A stretch of DNA of 64,000 nucleotides, from assembly GCA_033442325.1 (NCBI GenBank), contig JAWQFM010000006.1:39771-103770 (forward strand). Direction: 5' to 3'. Source of the stretch: Salpingoeca rosetta (lineage: Eukaryota; Protista; Choanoflagellata). The notes beneath the pieces were generated by a model. The model made no database searches. It saw only the letters and a program-made list of their open reading frames with translations, and was not told the origin of the DNA. Both the position numbers and the translations under genes were made by a program. This document shows positions 55,363 to 64,000 of this stretch, piece by piece. The stretch's first letter is position 1. Each line of letters begins with the position of its first letter.

Positions 55363-55739
55363 TTATGGTTGTTTTCTTGCTTCTTGCTTTTTGTTTATTC
55401 CCTCTTGCTTCTTGCTTCTTGCTTCTTGCTTCGTGCTTCTTGAAGCGCTTGTGTTGTGCACGTCAGAGGTATGGGCCCGCTCACCATGATATGATTCATG
55501 TCCTTCCCTTCCCCCCCCCCAATCTTTGGTGTCGACAGCACGACTGCCGCGGCGCGCAAACCCTCTCCATATTGCATCAGGCGACACAGGACACCATTGG
55601 CCAGGCAAAGCTTCACGCCCTCTGCTGCTCCCTCGCTGCCAAGGTAACAACTTCATGACCGCGTCGACATGTGTGCAAACGGTTTTGTGGCGTCTGCTGC
55701 TGTGTGATTGGTGCAAATATAAGCGCAACACATGTCCTC

Positions 55740-55780
<41 letters not shown>

Positions 55781-55798
55781 CTCTCTCTCTCTCTCACT

Positions 55799-55833
<35 letters not shown>

Positions 55834-56035
55834 ACACGTACAACCAGGCGAGCCGGCCGTATCTGGACATGGTTGGCACGTGGATCTATGATGGCCTGCT
55901 CACGGATCCTGCGTCGGAGTTTATGGTGCGCCATCGTACCGCCATCTCCCCGGCCGCCAACGAGCCCCTCACCATGCAGTGTGAACTCGTCCCAGACAAC
56001 ATCCCATCCTTCCTCGAAGACGTGCGTGGGATCTG

Positions 56036-56077
<42 letters not shown>

Positions 56078-58871
56078 GTGTGTGTGTATCGATGTCTGCC
56101 TGTCTGTCTGTTCGTGTGTGTGTGTCTGTATCCCTGTGTACATCAAGATCAGCATGCACACGTGTGCGCGTCGCGTGCTTTGTGTGCTGTCACTGTGTTC
56201 ACCCACGCTTGTGCTGCTACACACCACCCCTTGATCCATGGCGTGCGTCTGCCTGCAGGTTGCCGACCTGATCCTGGAGACGGGCCGGTACCTCCGCGTC
56301 CTCGCCCAATGCGGTATCACATCCATCACCGAGGGCCGGGAGGGCGTGAGAACCTCACAACACGCATACACAAACACACGCAACGCATCGGCAGAAACCC
56401 ATACAAACCCAACTAAATCACACGCTGTGCCTTCCCAATGCAGCGTCCATCTCACTCTTCCCTCGCCAACACTACCACCACCACGACGATCATCACCACC
56501 ACCATCATCATCATTCACCATCGTGAACTGCAGAGCGGCAAGCGCCAATGGCACACGTGCGGCCATTGGTGTATGTGCAGCAGCCGCACGAGTACAGGGA
56601 CATTGTGCAGACGGCGCACGACGAAGCGAACCAGGCGCTTCTGCTCGCACTCCGCAGGGACTACCGGCTCATGCAGCGGCTCACGTCTGTCAGAAACTAC
56701 TTCTTCATGCGCCAGGGCGACCTCTTCATCCATTTCCTCGACACCGCTGAAGGTGTGTGTGTGTGTGTTTATTTGTTTGTGTCTTTGTTTGTTTATTTGT
56801 GTGCGTTGTTTGTTTGTTTCTTTGTTTATTTGTGTGCGTTGTTTGTTTGTTTGTTTCTTTGTTTGTTTGTTTGTTTCTTTGTGTGTGTGTGTGTGATGAC
56901 CAAGTGCCTGATCATCATGTCCATCCACCTGTATCCATCTATTTACGTCTCCTAATGGACACCTCTCCCCTCCTCGCTACTACCCTCACTGTCACCCCCC
57001 CCCCCCTTCTGCTTGCCGTTGGTGTGCCCAGAGGAGCTGAGTGCACCGCATCAGGCCGTGAACAGCGATCGCCTCTCGTCGCTGCTCGAACTTGCTCTCC
57101 GCACATCATCCGCTGCCTCAGACCCTTTCAAGGACGACCTCAGGTCCTTCCCCTAACGGCAGTCGTGCTTGCGTCTGTGCTGTGCCTCTGTGTGCGTGTG
57201 TGTATGTACGTGCCTCTGTGCGTGCATGTGTGCGTGCGTGACGATGACCATCCCCCGCCCCTTCTCATCAGTCCCATCCTCATCCTGATGAGATGTCACG
57301 ACAACGATATTCTCACGACCTGTCGCCCTCCGCCAACACATGCATACATCGCCAGGTGCGGGCTGGCCCGTATGCGGGTGGCCAACGAGCTCACCAATAT
57401 CATCCGCATCTCGCGCAGTGCCGACGCAACACAGACAGACGTGAGCCCGCTCCTGCCACGGGCGTGTGCGTGTGTGTGTGTGCATCTCGAACGCGCGTTG
57501 TTCGAGACTGTACCTCGCTTCATGCAGTTTTGCAACTCGACCATTTTTCCCTGTCGAGCACGCCCAACTTTGTTGCCCCTTCTTGTCATTCCGCCACCCT
57601 CATCGCCCCCCATCGCCCCGCTGCCTGTTGATTCTGGTGTTTAGGGCGAGTTTGTTGACTTGCCGCGGGATTTGCCGCTGCCTGACGGACTTCCCAGCAA
57701 AGAGATGACCGGTTTCGACCTCTTCACGCTCGAGTACAACGTCGACTGGCCCATCTCCCTCATCCTCGACCACCACGTGCGTTGGCGCACACGTGTGTGT
57801 CCGTGTCTGTGTCTGTGTCTGTTTCTGTGTGTTGACGTGCATTGTTTGGAATCCCTTCTCACTCACCTCCTCATGAATACACACGGGCAGGCGATGCGGC
57901 GGTATCAGTTTCTGTTCCGGTTCATCTTTGAGATGAAGGACGTTGAACAGCATCTCGTCACCTCCGTTGTCGCCAGCGCCGCAGTCCGGCGCTCCCACCT
58001 CCCATGGTCAGGCCATGCTTTTGTTTCGTGTGTGTGTGTGCGTGTATACGTGTGTGTGTGTGTGCGTGTATACGTGTGTGTGTGTCTGTCTGTCTGTCTG
58101 CCTGTCTGTCTGTGCGTGTATACGTGTGTGTGTGTGTGTGTGTGTGCCATCGCGAGCATGCTGCATACTCCCTCCCTGTTTCGCACGCCCCAGTGCAGCT
58201 AGCGCCTGCCCTGCCCTGCTCGTGCCTCACACCTGCAATTCATGGGGACTCTTGATTTTCTGTCGTCATGCAGGATGCAACGCGCCTTCTCTCTGCGCCA
58301 GCGCATGCTGACATTCGTACAGACGCTCGAGCACTACGTTGTCTTTGTGGTGAGACGTCATCGTGGACACGGGCCTGCAACCACGCACTGCATGTCGACC
58401 AAACTCGTACTTTTACACGCACACATACACACACGCGGACACACACACACGTACACACATCCACACACTCACACACAACACGCACGCAACACCACGACCT
58501 GTGCAGGTGATTGAGCCGCATTGGAGTGCGATGCAGCGCGCGGTGCGAGAGGCAAAGTCCATCGACGATCTCTTAGCCGCACACAACGACTTCCTCGACA
58601 CTTGCCTCCGCAAGTGCATGCTCACGAACGAGCGCTTGCTCAAGGTGTGTGTGTGTGTGTTTGTGTTTCCTGAATGCGCAGCTACCCATTGTATGCTCCT
58701 CACTGCTGCCGTCTGTGTTCATCTCGTGGCCCCTTGTGCTCCATTCACCCATGCTTGGATGATGAACCGCTCCCACGACGAGCAGACGGTGTCAGGGCTG
58801 CTGCGGCTCTCCAAAGTGTTTGCGCTGTACATGAAGGTGAGTTTGGTGTTGGGTGGTCCACCTTAACCTGG

Positions 58872-58910
<39 letters not shown>

Positions 58911-58999
58911 ACACACACACATACACACACACACGTGTAAACAGTGATAATGACCCACCATCAATCACACAACCGTGCCAACCTCACCTGATGCCACCT

Positions 59000-59085
<86 letters not shown>

Positions 59086-59249
59086 ACTGCATTACTGCAC
59101 CTGCAGCGGTTTGTGCGAACAGCGGACACGCAGCTGCGAAGTAGGGCCGTGGAGAGCGCACACCAGTCGTCCCGAGAGGTCCGTTCATCGTGAATTTGCT
59201 GCGTCGGCACAGACCATTGCTTAGCCTCTGCTGCTGCTGCTGCTGCTGC

Positions 59250-59315
<66 letters not shown>

Positions 59316-59802
59316 GTGTGTGTGTGTGTGTGTGCTGTGAGTTGTGTGGTCCTGCAGCAAATGTGGCATTGCTTCTCGTCACTCACGTGCAGCAACTTCT
59401 GGTACCTTCGTCATTCTGCTCAACAGACGGTTCTTCAGAGCACAACAAAAGCAGAAGCCACCTTCTACAAGCAGGTATGTGCTTGCAGGTGTGCCTTGTT
59501 GCCACAAATGTGTTGCGGATACATTGCACAATTGTGCCTGACCAGCTGGCGTGCTCACGGCTATTACTGCCACCACCACTCCTGCAACCATGAACAACAC
59601 AATACGTCAGATGGGTGCGCTGATCATGCACTTGACCGAGGTTGCCGCTGTGGAGAACGAGCAGGACTTGGCCAAGATTGTGCTCACCCTCAACTACAAC
59701 GGGTTCTACGACCGCCAAGTGCACGAAGCAGAGATGCACCAGCGCACACGCGCACAGCAACGCGAAGAGCCGCCACCATCAGCCACCTCTCCACGCGCAT
59801 AA
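53780..59802 (+). CDS. TUBGCP2: Gamma-tubulin complex component 2 (Spc97/GCP2)
   Basis: [155 protein letters not shown]. Confidence 0.93.
59229..59335 (+). repeat. Compound (GCT)n-(GTT)n-(GT)n microsatellite in a GCP2 intron
   Basis: Directly visible. Confidence 0.9.
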
Positions 59803-60148
59803 CCGATGACCGCTCTGCCCTGTCACAGTGGTTTGATTGATGTGTGGTGCGAGTGTATCCGGCCGTCCCTCAACACACAAACACAATCTGTCCATAGCTG
59901 CCTGCTTCTTGTGTTTGGTTCTGTCAGTAGCATTGCATTCCCTTGTTTCCGCCTCAGCCTGCGCACACGCGAAAGACGCTTCCATCATCAGTAAACCCTC
60001 CCATCATGTTGACGACAGAAGTTGTTGGACAAAAATGATTGTCAGAGAGTTCGGCGTTTACTGCAACGGAGAACAATACTGACATCGCAAGCTCACCACA
60101 CACACACCACTCAACAAAGGCATCGAAAAAAGGGAAGCAGCAGTCTCT

Positions 60149-60227
60149 TTAGATGATGCCGATCTGTTACAAGCAACAGCAGCACAAAGAAGCAAGCAAC
60201 AATTGCGTGAGTGCGTGCCAAGGAAGC

Positions 60228-60285
<58 letters not shown>

Positions 60286-62120
60286 AACTCCAAGACGGAA
60301 TCAGACAAGCGAGAAATAAACCCTTTGCACGCACATCCTCGCCAAAAACCACATTCACACCCGCACAAAGATGCACGAGACAGCACAAGACGCGAGATAC
60401 ATCACCAAGCCAGCCACAACAGTGTCAGAATGCCTGTACCTTGTTGGCGACCTCAAGCGCATCGTGGTCCTGGGCAAGGTGAACAAACGCCTTCTTATGA
60501 CCGTCGGGGCGGATGAGGGTGTTGACCTTTGCCACGTCAATGTCGTACAGGTCCTTGACGGCGGCCTTAATCTGCATGGCGTCCCCCAAGTCAACACAAG
60601 CAAACCCACAAAGACATGAGCCACGGCACAGGACAGTGGTCAAAGCAGCCGATACACACCCATACACAAACAAAACAGCAAGCAACACTGTCAACACCAA
60701 GATCAGCAACAGCACGCGTCAATGAACACGCGCGCACCTGGAACTTGTTGGCGCGCTTGTCCACGATGAAGACCAGCGTGTTGTTGTCCTCAATCTTCTT
60801 CATGGCAGACTCTGTGTGTGTGCATGGATGTGCGGTAGGTGAGAAGAGTATGCACAATGTCACTGGAAGCTCTGCACAAGACAGTGCGGCATCACATAAG
60901 CACCCCACAATCACTTGCTTACACACACACACACAACGTGAACCAACCGGTGGTGAGAGGGTACTGGACAATGGCAAACTTGTCCAGAGACTGCTTCTTG
61001 GGCACAGAGCGGCGGGGGTACCGGGGCTTGCGTGCCTGAATCTGGGTCTTCGGTCTGTGTTGGAACAAAAGCAACAACAACAACAACCGTCACAGCATGA
61101 GCATGTTGCGACAAAGCAAGGTGCCATGACATGTGCGCCGCACATCATTGCAACCAAAAGCGAAGCAAACGCCCACAAACAAGCATCTGCACGCAGACTG
61201 ACAGTTCTCAACACAACAGCATCCACAGCCACGGCCACTACCAAACATATGCACGGGCTTCGCATCTTTCACGTGTGTGTGCAGACCTGTAGAAAGTGGG
61301 GCGCACGCGGATCTTGCGCTGACGGCGGTTGTTGGCACCAGCAAGAGCTGCCTTGGCGGCAGTCTTGGCCTTGGTCACGGCGGCCTTGGCCTTTGCCTGC
61401 ACTGTTGGGTGGTTGAAAATACAGCAAGGACGGCGGCACGACGGCGGAGAGGCACAAGACAACAGAGCAGTGCGCAGGCAGACGGAAAACAGCAACAGTG
61501 TGAGCAACACAGTGCCGTCTTCAAATGTGTTGAGCATGCGCGTGATGCGCTGTACACGCTTGTGTGCGTGTGCACTGTGCAACAGTGCGGGTAACGTGGT
61601 GGTCTGCGCATGTGCACGCACAGCAACTACACGTGCTCTCCTGCCGTCGTGAGCATCACTGACTGCCCTGGTCGTGTCTGCCACTGCCATTCACCGCTCA
61701 TGTAGCTGATGCTGATGCTGCAACTGCTGGCGTTTCTATGACCCAGTGCATGGGCATATGCGAACACACGCGAGTTGGCTCTGCTTGTCCCCGGCAAGTC
61801 TTTACCATCCTCGTTCACCACCACCACCACCACCATCATCACCATCGTCATTGCCTCATCACTGCCACGCACACGCACCTGCACATGCACCTGCACATGT
61901 ACATACACACATGCACATGCTCACGCACACACACACGCCACTCGATTGATCACCAGAGCACAGTGGTTCGCCAAGACAGGCAACCGTCAAGCACACCAAC
62001 TCCTCGACTGTCCGTCTCCATGTATCCCCCCCCCCCCCCCACACACACATACACACACACACCACATGTCTCGCTCATCCGAGCCAGCAAGGGCGAGCGC
62101 TCACCTTTCTTGTCAACCAT
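60149..62120 (-). CDS. RPL23A: 60S ribosomal protein uL23 (L23a)
   Basis: Exon 1 62105-62120 (MVDKK, phase 1) joined to [116 protein letters not shown]. Confidence 0.96.
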
Positions 62121-62164
62121 GGTGGAGATGAGGTGGTGGTGGTGGTCTTGTCTTCTTGGGTGGT

Positions 62165-62183
62165 GGAAGGAGAAAAAGGCAGC
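62165..62183 (-). promoter_or_regulatory. TCT initiator / 5'TOP pyrimidine tract of RPL23A
   Basis: Minus strand GCTGCCTTTTTCTCCTTCC about 55 nt upstream of ATG 62120. Confidence 0.7.
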
Positions 62184-62625
62184 TCCCCACACACGCGGCT
62201 CGCCAGCGTCGACTTTTCACGTGGGAAATCCCACACAAATGTATCACGTTGCAAATTGTCGACGGCCTCGGGGAAAAGTTGCGAATGAACTGGGCATCAC
62301 CAACACCACAAACTGTAGTGAACAATCCGCACCCGCACAACCTGTGAGCGGGCGAATTACAGCGGACACGGTAACGAAACGACGCGCCACTGAAATGACG
62401 CGAGCACCGTAATGTCCGGCGTTGTTCTGCCTGTTTTGCTGGATGAGTTTCGTTGCTGCTTAAGTCAAGGCAGCCGCAGCTACTGCGCTAGATCCACTGG
62501 CTGGTCGGTGACGTCGCCATGTGCCCAGCCGGATCGCCATTTATTCTCTTTGTTCCGTTCTTTTTGGTGGAGTGTGTTTTGCCCCCGTCGACCCGGGCCA
62601 CAGAGGAGACACGGAGACAACCAAC

Positions 62626-63899
62626 ATGCTACTGCTGCCAGTAGCACGCATGGCGACGTGCCAACGTGCGTGGAAGCTGCATGCTGCACCCTGCACCCTG
62701 CACACTGGCTGCCGTGCGTGCTCGCTGGCTGCGTTGATGTGCTTCTGTTGCTATCCATCTTGGCATCTCCTCTCCACATCTTCTCACCAAGCTGTCGCAC
62801 TCCCTCCCTCTCAACCACCCAAGTCACTCACCAACACTATCACACTCCCCCCTCCCTGCCTCTCTCACTCGCATGCACTCTCCCTCCCACTGATCCACTG
62901 ATCCACTGATCCACACTCACTCCTTCCTTCCTTCCTTCTTCACTGATTGCAGGCCTGCTCACCCCGCTGCAACAGCGATTGCTGGGATGCACAGCACAGC
63001 TTCATTCTGCAGCCCGCCCGCGTCCCCAAGTCCAGCTCGTCTTGGAAGATGGCACCGTCTTCGTAAGTTTGCACTGTCCTCGTGTGCGTTTGGCTGTCAT
63101 TGCCATCGACTTGACCAAGAGGCCGATTTGCCTGCTTGTGCCTGGTTCAACCCCTGCGTGCGTCAAGACCACTGACACCACCGCTGCCACCGCTGCCACC
63201 GCTGCTGTCACTACCAGGATGGATATGCATTTGGAGCAGAACAAGCAACAGCTGGCGAAGTCGTCTTCAACACTGGTCAGCCTCTCACCCTCCTCACAGA
63301 CAGTACAACCAACCGCCTGTGCCATTGCTGCTGTGCATCTCCCTGTGCGAACTTATCGGGCTTCAACACCACCTCTCCTTCTTCTCCCCACCGCCTCCTT
63401 CCAGCTCCTGCTCATCACATACTCACGTGCACAACACACCACACACACCACCACACACACACCACAGGCATGTCGTCGTATCCCGAGTCGCTGACGGATC
63501 CTTCGTACCGTGGCCAGATCCTCAGCTTCACCTACCCACTCATCGGCAACTACGGCGCCCCAGGGTCAGTTCCCCATGCCGCTGCGTGCATGTGTTTGTG
63601 TGCGTGCGTGTGTTTGTTCGTGTGTGTGTATGTGTGTTGTTGTTGCTCGCACAATCGCCTCATTGTGTTCGCGTCAACGCTCTGAGCGTTGGTCCTCATC
63701 TGTGACTGCTTGTGCTGCGACTTGATCCCCACTGCAGATATGCAAAGGATGAACTCGGTCTGCAGCGGTATTTGGAATCCAACAGCATTCACGTGAGTCC
63801 GCCAACTTCACCACCACCCCATGAACACCGGTGTCAGGTCGGCGGTTACACTACGTGCCACATATATTCTGATACACTGACACTCGCATTCGCGTGCTG

Positions 63900-63962
<63 letters not shown>

Positions 63963-64000
63963 TGTGTGTATGTGGCCGGTGCAGGTTTCCGGTGTCGTTG
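62626..64000 (+). CDS. Carbamoyl-phosphate synthetase, small-subunit N-terminal domain with putative mitochondrial presequence (5' part only)
   Basis: [13 protein letters not shown]|[23 protein letters not shown]|[58 protein letters not shown]|VSGVV. Start exon 62626-62665 inferred from phase and ccaacATG context. Confidence 0.9.

Noticed and set aside
61699-61701. ATG as the main RPL23A start
   Set aside because: The upstream exon 62105-62120 has a stronger donor, ccaccATG context and the TOP motif; 61701 is kept only as a possible alternative.
62395-62644. Upstream ATGs/uORFs before CPS (MTRAP*, MSFVAA*, a 41-aa overlapping ORF) as a possible arginine attenuator peptide
   Set aside because: No match to the fungal AAP core (QDYxSDHxW), and the TSS is unknown, so they may not be transcribed.

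Overview
Gene-dense eukaryotic genomic DNA. Introns are short (~150-400 nt) and packed with (CA)n/(TG)n and related microsatellites, and there are five N-gaps. Composition and gene content suggest a choanoflagellate such as Salpingoeca rosetta (inference; no database search). Most ORFs in the supplied track are microsatellite read-through and meaningless. Manual splicing gives 15 genes: Na+/K+-ATPase alpha (-, runs off left), RNF168-like RING ligase (-), DUF2433-type metallophosphoesterase-fold/RRM protein (+), ARID2/Rsc9-like PBAF subunit (-), RAD54 (+), GMP synthase (-), an intronless GT61-like glycosyltransferase (+), CDK20/CCRK (-), eIF2B-delta (+), RPB5 (-), RPL24 (+), BDP1 (-), gamma-tubulin complex GCP2 (+), RPL23A (-) and a probable mitochondrial carbamoyl-phosphate synthetase (+, runs off right). 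Highlights: 14 consecutive genes form 7 head-to-head pairs with 107-505 bp between start codons; both ribosomal-protein genes carry an identical GCTGCCTTTTTC TCT/5'TOP motif plus an upstream E-box; introns are built from complementary GU/AC repeats and C-runs rather than U-rich tracts; the RNF168-like protein has an extra UBZ finger; the ARID2 homolog has no ARID domain; the DUF2433 protein looks like a catalytically degenerate phosphoesterase fused to RRM-RGG; RPL24 has a GC-AG intron; RPL23A has a candidate poison exon. Internal exon boundaries were read by eye and some are approximate.
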